Below, in pieces: positions 26,601 through 34,992 of a stretch of 64,000 bases of DNA (positions are counted from its first letter, which is position 1; each line of letters begins with the position of its first letter). The position numbers and the translations under genes were made by a program. The notes beneath the pieces are model-generated. The model made no database searches and was not told the DNA's origin. It saw only the letters and a program-made list of their open reading frames with translations. The DNA comes from a virus: the IMG/VR virus record IMGVR_UViG_3300045988_100778, positions 41,345 through 105,344 of that record; one strand, given 5' to 3'.

Positions 26601-29113
26601 TAAAAATGAGCGAGAAGTCCGCGGTTCCGTTCAACGTGACATTCAACGCTTCGATAGGGGCTGTCCAGGCTTCGGGAGCCAAAATAAACATTGTGGGACA
26701 GACAGAAGAACTCGTAACAAATGAGCTTGGTTTGGTATCTACACAATTGTTTTCGGGCACATACGACTATGTGGCAACTTATCCCTATTGCTATGACGTG
26801 GTGAACTCGTTTACCGTGTACAATTCAGACACCCGTGTTCCTATCAACTTTACCGTAAAGAGGGTGAATGTGAGAATACAGGTTGTTAATGGTAGCAATA
26901 TAGGTATAAGCGGTGCACAGGTGACGTTTAACGGAATGACACAGTATTCCGATGGGCAGGGATATACGACCTTCAATGTGGAGGCAGGAAGTTCTGGTAC
27001 GGCTACGGCAAGCAAGTTGCCTCAATACAACGAGAACAGTACCTATGTGACTGTAGGAGAATACGATACAAGTGCGACGATAGTTCTTGGCGTAAATACC
27101 TATAAAGTTATTTTTGACGTGGTGGACGAGAAAGGGATATCCATAAGAGGGGTACGTATTGTATGCGGAGGTACGGCAAAGAACACGGATGGAGCCGGGC
27201 GTGCGGTATTCGGAACATACGTACCGCCTCAGACATTAAGCTGGCAGGCGTCAAAAGCCGGATATCAGAGCCAGAACGGTTCTGTGAGCATAAGTAATAG
27301 CGACGAATATGTTAATGTCGTAATGACGCGCAACAAATGCCAGGTTACATATAACGTGCGTACAAAAAGCGGTTCTCCTATTTCTGGCGTAACTGTGGAA
27401 GACAACATAAGTTCGGGCGTGACAAGTTCGAGCGGCACCGTATCATGGATGGTACCATGTAACGATACCTATGCGTGGATAGCGACAAGTCAGAATTACT
27501 TTACAGAGAGCGGAAGTTACACGGTAGGGCCGGAAGAGTTCAGCAAGACGATTGACATAATAATGGAAGACGGTGCGGTACTGGAAGTAAGTGTGTCAAA
27601 TGGCACGAACATAGTGTTGCCCGTACTTAATACCTCCTCTACCGGGCTGAATAATCTTCGTGTTAAATGGGGAGATGGTGAGCAGACAGTAGGAACAAGT
27701 TCGCATACCTACAGTTCCGGAGGAACAAAGATAATATTGTTCGACTTTAACGGGATGTCGGCCAATTTATCATGGAGTGCAAACGGATTTTCAAGTTTCC
27801 AGAATTGTTTGACAAGAGTAATCAAGTGGTTTACCGAAAATGTGAGAACGTCGTGGGGAAAGGGAGCCTTCCAGGATTGCAGCAGTCTTGAATCGGTTGT
27901 AAGCTGGACTACAAGTCTTATGAGCGGTTCGGCAGATTCGTTCTTTGATGGGTGCAGTAGTTTAAGAAGTGTTCCGTCTGGATTATTTGAATTTGTGACA
28001 AGTGGTACATTCGTAAAAACATTTAAGGATAGCGGATTGAATGGTTCTGTGAACTTGTCAAGTGTGCTTGCAGGGAATTCGATAAGTGATTACTCTTACT
28101 GTTTTTGGAGATGTAAGAATATTTCTTCTGTATCTGGACAGTTAAGAACATCGGGTAATGGAACATCTTTGGATTATATGTTTGCGGAATGCAGCGGAAT
28201 GTCAAGTATAAGCAATGATATAGGCGCGATAAATATAAGTCATTGTGATTACATGTTTTCCAATTGCTCCAATTTACAATCACCTTGCAGAATAACGTTC
28301 AAGTTTTTTTCTGGACGTACACAATCGGCAAGTAGTTTTTGTTGGTCTTCGGGTATATCATCGTTGCCGAGCAATCTGTTTTCCGGGACTATATATTCAT
28401 TGTCCCTTAATAAAGCGTTTTCCGGTTGTACCAATTTGTCAAGTATAAGTTCGGGTGCATTTAATTATACAGTAAGTTCCGGTACACAATGTGTTGATAT
28501 GTTCTATGGTTGTACAAGCTTGCTGAATGTAAGCGGTGTAGTAATTCCGGATATCAGAAGCGCGGCCAACATGTTTTTGAATAGTGGCTTGACTACCATA
28601 ACATCTTCTCTTTTTTCCGATTCTCCTAATTGTGCTTCTTATGCGTATTGCTTTAGTGGATGTAGGAATTTGAGAACAGCAGGTTCACAAGGAAATCCGA
28701 TTACTCCATCGAATCATTCAGTGACGGTAGATATTGACGGAATGTTTGAGAATTGTTCCAATTTGCTGACGGCTGAATATGCTTTCGGTGATGTGACTGT
28801 AAATAAACTTGGACCTACCAGAACTGATAATAGTTATATAGAATCGGGGGTACTGAAATATATAACCAGTTGCACAAATACATTTAGCGGTTGCTCAAAT
28901 ATGACATCTCAACCGAGATGGGATTGTATAGTAGCCGGAGTAAAATTGCCGTCAGCTTATATGCCTCTGTTTTATTATTTTAAGAGAATATTCCAACCAT
29001 ATCAATTCGGTTTCCCGGATGTCGACAGTATATCCAAAAGCGGATGTTTCAGAGGATGTACAAAGATGAATGGTTACGACCAATATATTAGTGCTTATCC
29101 AGAATGGTTCTAA
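23645..29113 (+). CDS. Second large tail-fibre/baseplate protein (1822 aa) with beta-sandwich repeats and a C-terminal BspA-type leucine-rich-repeat domain
   Basis: About 13 CarboxypepD_reg-like repeats are present (e.g. AKITVNGEELITDVNGEAKITLPRGQWYYEVEAENF). A PKD-like VKWGDGEQTVGTSSHTYSSGG motif follows. Then come at least 10 LRR_5-like units (AFQDCSSLESV, FFDGCSSLRSVPSGLF, AFSGCTNLSSISSGAF, MFYGCTSLLNVSG, MFENCSNLLTAEYAF...). Confidence 0.8.
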   Translation: MEVKQKKENPCGGLFLPQSTPIYDNLPFSRFFEENDKEVIRWAENVLEKLEGRGILPTFLKKKENEDFRAFWGTITHIFALIVLYARQYKKIDTNQILFEMFIQNRGLVTNMVDSQEQMKYLFYNYLEEYSKRGRLDIISKEGEILGELLRLIRYNSLDEFIFALLRPEATGWAMGHSSPTCDRTNTVMNVSKAYEYTKGVEDLNNYPLLIPESISITQDENGNDGEIFNAMTFFGNQAVGIDGRVDLDKLIIIDPNLSYEISLQVKVSATDNENLKFGVAGYETVDGEPLPMGILENGQITGSSLWFHENEYLDIKNEGMYYYIKGILLSTNEKFLNAPTLNFPSGRALSIMPGMKYIAPIFIQERTVGNHPYVYIYDFHVKPLYLPFSQGYLGERDIIAAYYKNNAYQRQFTVETFLKNYLVGYKNIFGSELIRPYVGEEEYQILFKVFSNRNKYIPNAKITVNGEELITDVNGEAKITLPRGQWYYEVEAENFESVENTLLVDKDAVEYVQLMGAAYERVVTFFVRNKETKDWMQNVKVSFAGKVQYTGSNGIATFEVFPGIYEYVAEYEDYYTVRRNAEIVDSTNIEIEMEKIPYYNVTFRIRDGVEPVSGASVLVTGEGIPNQTGSSNAQGLATGFVYPAGTYHYKVVKEEYVTVENDFTIYGNAVIDVQFHPIPKYKINFIVRSNGLPVSKADVTFNGTTLQTASNGVVTFIDIAGEYNWKVTKTEFYAKDGTVEVIDQDVTIEVDLVQMGYLIDFYVTDEDNTPLDDALVTIGTEAISTSGGQAQFVRISGGYNWTVQKEGYYTKQGVVTVNGENKRVDVQLKLVTYDIIFTVRMNNQPVRNQPVVLGVGEGEQTVNTDGSGNAVFNRVPGSYPWSVNKEGYEPRTGTAVLINQPLAITVDLVKQTGKLTVKVLDVETEQPIQNAVVTINGETRYSNNNGIAASWTLELGVWEWSASQQDYNPAKGNVNIKPGENEYTIKMSEKSAVPFNVTFNASIGAVQASGAKINIVGQTEELVTNELGLVSTQLFSGTYDYVATYPYCYDVVNSFTVYNSDTRVPINFTVKRVNVRIQVVNGSNIGISGAQVTFNGMTQYSDGQGYTTFNVEAGSSGTATASKLPQYNENSTYVTVGEYDTSATIVLGVNTYKVIFDVVDEKGISIRGVRIVCGGTAKNTDGAGRAVFGTYVPPQTLSWQASKAGYQSQNGSVSISNSDEYVNVVMTRNKCQVTYNVRTKSGSPISGVTVEDNISSGVTSSSGTVSWMVPCNDTYAWIATSQNYFTESGSYTVGPEEFSKTIDIIMEDGAVLEVSVSNGTNIVLPVLNTSSTGLNNLRVKWGDGEQTVGTSSHTYSSGGTKIILFDFNGMSANLSWSANGFSSFQNCLTRVIKWFTENVRTSWGKGAFQDCSSLESVVSWTTSLMSGSADSFFDGCSSLRSVPSGLFEFVTSGTFVKTFKDSGLNGSVNLSSVLAGNSISDYSYCFWRCKNISSVSGQLRTSGNGTSLDYMFAECSGMSSISNDIGAINISHCDYMFSNCSNLQSPCRITFKFFSGRTQSASSFCWSSGISSLPSNLFSGTIYSLSLNKAFSGCTNLSSISSGAFNYTVSSGTQCVDMFYGCTSLLNVSGVVIPDIRSAANMFLNSGLTTITSSLFSDSPNCASYAYCFSGCRNLRTAGSQGNPITPSNHSVTVDIDGMFENCSNLLTAEYAFGDVTVNKLGPTRTDNSYIESGVLKYITSCTNTFSGCSNMTSQPRWDCIVAGVKLPSAYMPLFYYFKRIFQPYQFGFPDVDSISKSGCFRGCTKMNGYDQYISAYPEWF

Positions 29114-29139
29114 TTTTGTAAATAAAAATTTATAAATAT

Positions 29140-29976
29140 ATGGCGCAGATAAATGTTAACAGAAACACTTTTTTAGAAAAGGAAGAAGTGATGAACATGC
29201 AGTCTTTCCTACAGAATTCCCTGCTTGGAAAGATTCTAATTGCCGGAAGTTACACATTCGGTATAGTGACAAATAACCCTACAAAATTCAAGTCCGATTT
29301 TGAAACCGTGGACACCTTTATAGATAACAAGGCGTTTGAAGTACAGCAGGGAACACAAGGAGGAACGGTAAGGATATTGCCGGGTATGGCGGTAAACTCA
29401 TTGGGGCAGGTAATAAACATTGTCAACATATACGATAACTTTGCAATCCCGGCAGACAGCGTGTATTACTGGCTAAAAATCGGGTATTCGACAAAGAATT
29501 ACGAAAACGGATATGTGAGCATTAACCAGAAGGGTGTAGTGACCGGAACCGTGGATTTTTCCGGTAAGGTTAGAGGACAGGCAGGGAAAACCCCGGTAGC
29601 GATAAAGTTTCTGAAGGACGACGGTTCACAGCCCCTAAATAATGGCGTATATGAGATAGTCAATATAATAGATAACAAGAATATTGTATTAACGTCTGAA
29701 TCCGATTTTGTTGCGGAAACAAATTTGCAGGTTGTGATACTGGGAACAGTGCCGCTTGGAAAGGTGTTTACGGATGCACAAATGGAAGGACTTTATACCT
29801 ATGATTGGTTTACGTTGGGATTGGTGCAGGAAGTGACTTTGGAACAACCCCCTACCAAGTCGGTAAACGAGTTTTATATAGCAAGAGTGAGAAACAACGG
29901 TGGTACAGTCACGATTGACAATACGGCAAAAACGGAATATTGGTCTTTGGCAGGAATGCCGAAACCGAAAGAATAA
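29140..29976 (+). CDS. Structural-module protein (unknown function, 278 aa)
   Basis: The ORF immediately follows the fibre genes. Confidence 0.5.
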   Translation: MAQINVNRNTFLEKEEVMNMQSFLQNSLLGKILIAGSYTFGIVTNNPTKFKSDFETVDTFIDNKAFEVQQGTQGGTVRILPGMAVNSLGQVINIVNIYDNFAIPADSVYYWLKIGYSTKNYENGYVSINQKGVVTGTVDFSGKVRGQAGKTPVAIKFLKDDGSQPLNNGVYEIVNIIDNKNIVLTSESDFVAETNLQVVILGTVPLGKVFTDAQMEGLYTYDWFTLGLVQEVTLEQPPTKSVNEFYIARVRNNGGTVTIDNTAKTEYWSLAGMPKPKE

Positions 29977-29990
29977 GAAAGGAGGAGAAA

Positions 29991-30551
29991 ATGAGACTAC
30001 TATATACAGTAAGTTCCGGATATATGGCAGAACAGCAGAATGTTTCTTATTCGTTGGGTGGTTTTGCATCTTCTACGACAATACCTAACGACATGTTCGG
30101 TAATTTGTTTGATGAATTGAGTATAAACACAATAAGAAACGCGAGAAACGAATACAGGGCTATAGTGCTGCACAATGACAGCCAGGAGGTGGCAAAGGGT
30201 GTAAAGATATGGTTCGAGAACCCGGAAACAAATGTGTGTTCGTTCAAGGTGGGTGCCGTGGGAATGACGGAAGGTGAAGACGGAAGCCGATATATGGGGA
30301 GTACACCTAATATATACAGTAGACCCTATACAGTCCAGTTTTACGAGGCTACAGAAGAAAACCCGGTGTCTATCGGGGATATGCAGCCGGACCAGATGAT
30401 AGGTATTTGGGTGGAAAGGAGTATAGACAAGGAAAAGGCTTTGGAAGAGTATAACAAAGTGGCAGAGAGGGATTTAGATACGGAAACGAGATATAAGCCT
30501 ATTCAGAAGGAAACACAAGAAATGTTAAATATGCAATTTTATTGGGAATAA
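29991..30551 (+). CDS. Structural-module protein (unknown function, 186 aa)
   Basis: The ATG at 29991 is preceded by AAGGAGGAG. It is preferred over the non-ATG track start at 29940, which overlaps the upstream gene. Confidence 0.5.
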   Translation: MRLLYTVSSGYMAEQQNVSYSLGGFASSTTIPNDMFGNLFDELSINTIRNARNEYRAIVLHNDSQEVAKGVKIWFENPETNVCSFKVGAVGMTEGEDGSRYMGSTPNIYSRPYTVQFYEATEENPVSIGDMQPDQMIGIWVERSIDKEKALEEYNKVAERDLDTETRYKPIQKETQEMLNMQFYWE

Positions 30552-30555
30552 GTTA

Positions 30556-30586
30556 TTGCGTATGTCATAAACAAATATTATCTTTG
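30556..30586 (+). promoter_or_regulatory. Conserved promoter, copy 2 (core only)
   Basis: Reads TTGC(30556-30559)-GTATGTCATAA..-N19-TATCTTTG(30579-30586). It lacks the upstream ATGTTAA element and the conserved leader. A small hairpin AGGGAG..CTCCCT lies in the leader. Confidence 0.65.
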
Positions 30587-30659
30587 TGGTGTGATTGATA
30601 AGGGAGCGTTAAAACTCCCTTTCTTAAGCTGGTTACACATAATAAAATATTATTTCAAA

Positions 30660-30929
30660 ATGAACAACATCGTAGAACTTAACGGATTGCAGGGTGTAAA
30701 GAGTGAAAAGGTTTACGCCTATTTTTCAACCGAACCGAAAGAGGTGCAGAATGCCCTGGAGCTTGGAATAGCATGTACTGGGGCTGATGATAACGGGGCG
30801 TACAACATTTATTTTGACGATGAAGAAAACATATGCTGTGAATACATGCAGCGTTGTGTCACGAAGGAGTTCAAGAAGGTGGAAACAATAGAAGAAGCTG
30901 TGTTGTGGATGGAGGGTTATTTTAGATGA
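30660..30929 (+). CDS. Hypothetical protein (89 aa)
   Basis: The ATG at 30660 (MNNIVELNG...) is used. The track's GTG at 30591 sits only about 5 nt after the -7 box, so it is unlikely to be translated. Confidence 0.55.
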   Translation: MNNIVELNGLQGVKSEKVYAYFSTEPKEVQNALELGIACTGADDNGAYNIYFDDEENICCEYMQRCVTKEFKKVETIEEAVLWMEGYFR

Positions 30930-31087
30930 AGACGCTAATTTTTGATGTGATGCTGAACGAGCAATACATTCACACGTTCAAGTACAAGTACAATCCTTTG
31001 TTTCCTATCGAGGAGGAAGAGTTAAGGAAGTTTGTAGAAGAGAGATTGCCGACATTGAAAGGAAAGAGTTTTAAGATTTTGTTTTAG
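30926..31087 (+). CDS. Hypothetical small protein (53 aa)
   Basis: This hand-translated ORF (MKTLIFDVMLNEQYIHTFKY...) is below the track's length cutoff. It has an ATGA overlap with the upstream stop. Confidence 0.4.
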   Translation: MKTLIFDVMLNEQYIHTFKYKYNPLFPIEEEELRKFVEERLPTLKGKSFKILF

Positions 31088-31090
31088 GAT

Positions 31091-31255
31091 ATGAATCTGA
31101 ATGCTATCATAAAGAAATGGCTCTGCCGCCATGAATGGGAACTGATGTATGAGAGAAAGGTTACGGCATGGGATGAGTTAGGATGTAATAAATATATCGC
31201 CAGATATTACGTCTGCAAGAAATGCGGTAGATATAAGAAAACAAAAAGTTATTGA
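31091..31255 (+). CDS. Hypothetical small Cys-containing protein (54 aa)
   Basis: This hand-translated ORF (MNLNAIIKKWLCRHEWEL...YVCKKCGRYKKTKSY) has a possible CxH...CxxC zinc-ribbon. Confidence 0.4.
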   Translation: MNLNAIIKKWLCRHEWELMYERKVTAWDELGCNKYIARYYVCKKCGRYKKTKSY

Positions 31256-31566
31256 TTATAAAACCAATAAGGAACAAAGAAGACATTGAAAATCTAAAGA
31301 CAGATGAAAAATTGATTGAGTTCTGTTTGAATGGTAATGTAAATTATTACAGGTTCTTATGTTTCCATCCACGAAACAAGAATTATGTAATTCTACTGAA
31401 TCATTGTGAAGAGCCAGAAAGGTTTTACGTTAAGAGTATTATAGACCGATTTTATACGGACTGTACAACACGCGATATAATCACCCATAGGAGGGATTAT
31501 GCTTTGAAAAAACTCGAAGAGTACGAGCAGGCATTATCCGAATTTAATAAGGAGGAGGAAGAATGA
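31252..31566 (+). CDS. Hypothetical protein (104 aa)
   Basis: The ORF has no internal Met. It probably starts at a TTG that overlaps the previous stop (TTGA). Confidence 0.45.
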   Translation: MIIKPIRNKEDIENLKTDEKLIEFCLNGNVNYYRFLCFHPRNKNYVILLNHCEEPERFYVKSIIDRFYTDCTTRDIITHRRDYALKKLEEYEQALSEFNKEEEE

Positions 31567-31892
31567 AACAGACAGTAGAAGAAGCTGCACAACAAGAGCT
31601 TATGTCAAGCTATGCAATAGTAGTTGAAGGTGAATTAGCCTATCAGAGACAAGCAATGCTAAACATGTTCAGAAAAGGTGCTGAATGGCAGTCAAGGCAA
31701 TCACCTTGGATAAGCGTAAAGGAGCGACCTCCAAAACATAATATTAAGGTTATTATATGCCATGAATGCGAATTTTATATAGGTAAAATGTATCGTTCGA
31801 TGCAATCAAATTGGTGGAGAGTAAGTGATGATGAAAGAACCGATATAATAGTTAGCGAAGATGATTCTTGGATGCCTATACCTATCTTTTGA
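31563..31892 (+). CDS. Hypothetical protein (109 aa)
   Basis: The ORF has AAGGAGGAGGAAGA upstream and an ATGA overlap. Confidence 0.55.
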   Translation: MKQTVEEAAQQELMSSYAIVVEGELAYQRQAMLNMFRKGAEWQSRQSPWISVKERPPKHNIKVIICHECEFYIGKMYRSMQSNWWRVSDDERTDIIVSEDDSWMPIPIF

Positions 31893-31951
31893 CGAGATAC
31901 TTGAAGCAAACAAAGATGTACTGGAACGGATTAAGGAGAAAGGAGACTAAT

Positions 31952-32125
31952 ATGGAAAGATATAGAATTGTGAAAGAAATAAGGTATAGCGGCTGTATTC
32001 CGATAGTCGTGTATTGCGTACAAGTCAGAAAAGACAAACGTATTTCATCCGAATGGGTGAATGTAAAGGGGTTTGATACCTATAGGAAAGCAAGAGAGTT
32101 GTTGTATATTTTAAACGGTGATTGA
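31952..32125 (+). CDS. Hypothetical protein (57 aa)
   Basis: The ATG at 31952 follows AAGGAGAAAGGAGA. It is preferred over the track start at 31868. Confidence 0.45.
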   Translation: MERYRIVKEIRYSGCIPIVVYCVQVRKDKRISSEWVNVKGFDTYRKARELLYILNGD

Positions 32126-32126
32126 T

Positions 32127-32432
32127 ATGGAAATAGTTCCGGATTTGACAAAAAGTAATTTATCTAAAAACCAGGTAGAATATATTCAAAAGAAACAGCA
32201 TGAATATAAATTGACGGACAAGAAGAGGAGGGTTCCGGGACATATTTTATTTTCATTCAATCTGAAAACGAAAGAGATAAAGAGAGCTTCTATTACTAAC
32301 GAAGTTTCAATTGGATTAAACGGGAAACCTATAATGAAAACCAAAACAGTTATTGAGCCGGATTGCTATTACGAACAAGCTTTAAATGAAAAGAATTTTA
32401 GAAAAAGATTAAAGAGGATTGGGTTAATATGA
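32127..32432 (+). CDS. Hypothetical protein (~101 aa)
   Basis: The ATG at 32127 is preferred over the non-ATG start at 32118. Confidence 0.5.
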   Translation: MEIVPDLTKSNLSKNQVEYIQKKQHEYKLTDKKRRVPGHILFSFNLKTKEIKRASITNEVSIGLNGKPIMKTKTVIEPDCYYEQALNEKNFRKRLKRIGLI

Positions 32433-32623
32433 AAACAATTAAGATTTCAAATTTACAAGAAGGGGATTTGTTCATATATAAAGACGTAATGTATGAAATT
32501 GTACATAAGGACAAATGGGAAACCTATTGTAAATATGTCAATGATAAAAGCCATTTAGGAGGATGGTTTTCAAGTGAATATCTTTATTGTAAATTTAGTA
32601 ATTATACAAAAGTAGAGATTTAG
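32429..32623 (+). CDS. Hypothetical protein (64 aa)
   Basis: The ORF has an ATGA overlap with the upstream gene. Confidence 0.5.
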   Translation: MKTIKISNLQEGDLFIYKDVMYEIVHKDKWETYCKYVNDKSHLGGWFSSEYLYCKFSNYTKVEI

Positions 32624-32628
32624 ATGCT

Positions 32629-32925
32629 ATGAGTAAATATAGATACAAGGAAGTGAAGAACTATATCCACAACGAACTAAAGTTGACTAAAGAGGATATA
32701 AAGGAAATTATGATTCCAATTGTGAAAGAGGAGGTTAAACGTATCTTTCAAAACACCTATGGGAATGATGTCGATATAGAGAGGTGGGTTCGTTGTATGG
32801 TTTCCAACGAGATACAAAGACATGGTGATTACTCTATGATAAGGAATTTATGCAGGGAGATAATTAAGGAAGAAATTGCCGATAGGTTGTCAATTGATAT
32901 AAGCCTTAAAAAGAAAGAGGGGTAA
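32629..32925 (+). CDS. Hypothetical protein (98 aa)
   Basis: The ORF lies in a tightly packed same-strand array. Confidence 0.5.
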   Translation: MSKYRYKEVKNYIHNELKLTKEDIKEIMIPIVKEEVKRIFQNTYGNDVDIERWVRCMVSNEIQRHGDYSMIRNLCREIIKEEIADRLSIDISLKKKEG

Positions 32926-32928
32926 AAT

Positions 32929-33117
32929 ATGCAGAACGAAATTTCTTGGAATGATAACACCTATTATGAGATTTGTAATCCATATATGAATATTCCTTTA
33001 GAACCGTGTGGTATACCTAAAAGGAGAAAATATCATTCAAAAAATGATAGATGTACAAACAAGCAGATTGCGAAACGCAGAAAAAGGAACAAGAACCGTA
33101 AAACACATAGGAAATGA
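32929..33117 (+). CDS. Hypothetical protein with a highly basic C-terminus (KRRKRNKNRKTHRK)
   Basis: The ORF has a GAGGGG SD-like motif upstream. Confidence 0.45.
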   Translation: MQNEISWNDNTYYEICNPYMNIPLEPCGIPKRRKYHSKNDRCTNKQIAKRRKRNKNRKTHRK

Positions 33118-33311
33118 GCAGGTTTGAGAAAGAGATACTTCCTTTCATGGAAGAGGAAATTATGCGAAAACTCCGTACATACAACGTGTACAGTATAAAG
33201 GAGTATGAAGACATACGGAAGGCAGTAAGGTATTCAATCAGATTTTGCAAGAAACATAAAATAGTTCGATGTGAAGATAAAAATTTAAACAAAGAAAGGG
33301 ACAAGAAATGA
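33114..33311 (+). CDS. Hypothetical protein (65 aa)
   Basis: The ORF has an ATGA overlap. Confidence 0.45.
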   Translation: MSRFEKEILPFMEEEIMRKLRTYNVYSIKEYEDIRKAVRYSIRFCKKHKIVRCEDKNLNKERDKK

Positions 33312-33823
33312 AAAAGTACAGGGTTTTATTTTGTGATATGGACGGCACGTTAATAGAAACTGCAAGTGGTGAGACGTTTTCAAAGGGGATATGGGACATG
33401 AAATTTAAGTTTGATGTCCTGGATGCAATAAAGAATTTGAATCCCGAAGAAATTTTTATCGTGACAAACCAGGGAGGGATAGAAAAAGGTTTGTTTCCAG
33501 AATCATTTATTTACATCAAATGTAAGTACGTGAATGATAGTATAATAGATTATTGTAATATCGAAACACGTTTTAAGTATTGCGGAAGCAATGACAGAAG
33601 CAACCCTATGAGAAAGCCGAATACCGGAATGCTTGAAGAATTTTTTGATAATTACAAGACATGGAAAGATTGCAGTTTGGAGGTAGAAGATTGTTTAATG
33701 ATTGGTGATGCAAGCGGACTTGAAGGGCAGTTTTCGGACAGTGACAAGAAAACAGCCGAGAATTTTGGCATAGACTATATGGATGTCAGCGAGTTCGTAA
33801 ATGTTTACGGGAAAGGGGTATAA
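33308..33823 (+). CDS. HAD-superfamily (subfamily IIIA, PNK-3'-phosphatase/GmhB-like) phosphatase
   Basis: The HAD motifs are present: motif I FCDMDGTLIET (DxDxT), motif II VTNQGG, motif III RKPNTGML, and motif IV MIGDASG...SDSD. Confidence 0.7.
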   Translation: MKKYRVLFCDMDGTLIETASGETFSKGIWDMKFKFDVLDAIKNLNPEEIFIVTNQGGIEKGLFPESFIYIKCKYVNDSIIDYCNIETRFKYCGSNDRSNPMRKPNTGMLEEFFDNYKTWKDCSLEVEDCLMIGDASGLEGQFSDSDKKTAENFGIDYMDVSEFVNVYGKGV

Positions 33824-33825
33824 TT

Positions 33826-34041
33826 ATGGAAGTAAAGAACGGAATAATAATTGATGGGGTGCTGCATGAGCTTGTAAGACAAGAAAGTAATGACTGCAAA
33901 GGATGCTCTTTATACTATACTTGTCATACATATCGGTTTACTTATGATAAATTATGCGATATAAATTATGCGAAAGGGATTATTTATAAATTCATCAATC
34001 GTGGCAAAGTAACGGATATTAAGATAGATAAGGAGGAATAA
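33826..34041 (+). CDS. Hypothetical protein (71 aa)
   Basis: The ORF contains a CKGC...C...H cluster. Confidence 0.45.
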   Translation: MEVKNGIIIDGVLHELVRQESNDCKGCSLYYTCHTYRFTYDKLCDINYAKGIIYKFINRGKVTDIKIDKEE

Positions 34042-34044
34042 ATC

Positions 34045-34347
34045 ATGTGTAATTCAATAGAATGGGGTAAATGTGAAATATGTGGAAAGGAAGACCAGTT
34101 GGAACGTACTTATTTCTACTATTCAATACATTGTGAATGTTGTGGAAGCAAAGACGAGAATGGGCAAAATAGGCATTTTGAAATGGTAAGACATTGTAGG
34201 AAATGCCCGGCTCCTATACCTAAAGAAATACATCCATTATATAAAGCGATGGATGGTAAAACTTATCGTGCGAGTTTTTCTAATATACTTCCCATTGATG
34301 TTAGAGGGGAGTTTATCATAAATGAACCGATAATTAAGGAGGAATAA
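34045..34347 (+). CDS. Cys-rich zinc-binding-like protein (100 aa)
   Basis: It carries CEICG...CECCG...CRKCP motifs and has AAGGAGGAA upstream. Confidence 0.5.
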   Translation: MCNSIEWGKCEICGKEDQLERTYFYYSIHCECCGSKDENGQNRHFEMVRHCRKCPAPIPKEIHPLYKAMDGKTYRASFSNILPIDVRGEFIINEPIIKEE

Positions 34348-34349
34348 CG

Positions 34350-34844
34350 ATGGAAAGCGATAAACTTATATTAGATGCTTGTTGTGGCAGTAGAATGTTT
34401 TGGTTTGACAAACATAACCCTTTGGTTTTATTTGTAGACAAGCGTTCAGAAACACTTACAGCTAAGGACAAAGATAGAATCAGAACTATAGATGTAAAAC
34501 CGGATGTAATAGCCGATTTTACTAATTTGCCGTTTGAGGATAATTCTTTTTATATGGTGGTGTTTGACCCACCGCATCTAAAAACACTTGGTGAAACCTC
34601 ATGGATGGCTAAGAAATACGGTAAACTGCCAAAAGATTGGAAATCACTTATACACGACGGATTTGCCGAGTGTATGCGCGTCTTGAAACCTAATGGAACG
34701 CTCATTTTCAAATGGAACGAAAGTGAGATAAAAGCTTCAGAAGTTTTGTCCGTTATCCCTTTTAAACCTCTATTTGGACATACCACTGGAAGGCAGAGCA
34801 AAACAATATGGATGTGTTTTATGAAGAGAGAAGACGATGAATAA
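34350..34844 (+). CDS. Small SAM-dependent (probably DNA N6-A/N4-C) methyltransferase
   Basis: A motif I-like LDACCGSRMFWF and a motif IV VVFDPPHL are present. AAGGAGGAA lies upstream. Confidence 0.6.
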   Translation: MESDKLILDACCGSRMFWFDKHNPLVLFVDKRSETLTAKDKDRIRTIDVKPDVIADFTNLPFEDNSFYMVVFDPPHLKTLGETSWMAKKYGKLPKDWKSLIHDGFAECMRVLKPNGTLIFKWNESEIKASEVLSVIPFKPLFGHTTGRQSKTIWMCFMKREDDE

Positions 34845-34992
34845 TACAGAAGAAAAGCATTGCAGTATATGCGTGCATTATGAGATATGTGCCAATTTTC
34901 AGATGTATTGTCACGCATTGAAAAGACGCATAACGGCAAGAAAGCAGGCGAAGAACTGTAAGTATTTTGAATATAGATGGAGGAATAAATAA
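34837..34992 (+). CDS. Cys-rich mini-protein (51 aa)
   Basis: This hand-translated ORF reads MNNTEEKHCSICVHYEICANFQMYCHALKRR...NCKYFEYRWRNK. It overlaps the methyltransferase stop. Confidence 0.4.
   Translation: MNNTEEKHCSICVHYEICANFQMYCHALKRRITARKQAKNCKYFEYRWRNK

Noticed and set aside
20353-29113. A diversity-generating retroelement acting on the fibre tips
   Set aside because: I looked for a reverse transcriptase ORF and for a template/variable repeat pair with adenine-specific mismatches near the fibre 3' ends. No RT-like ORF (YxDD) is seen in the window, and the only repeat pair is perfect and inverted.
30591-30659. The GTG start at 30591 for the ORF ending at 30929
   Set aside because: It sits about 5 nt downstream of the -7 box of promoter copy 2, so it would be at or before the transcription start. 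The ATG at 30660 is the plausible start.
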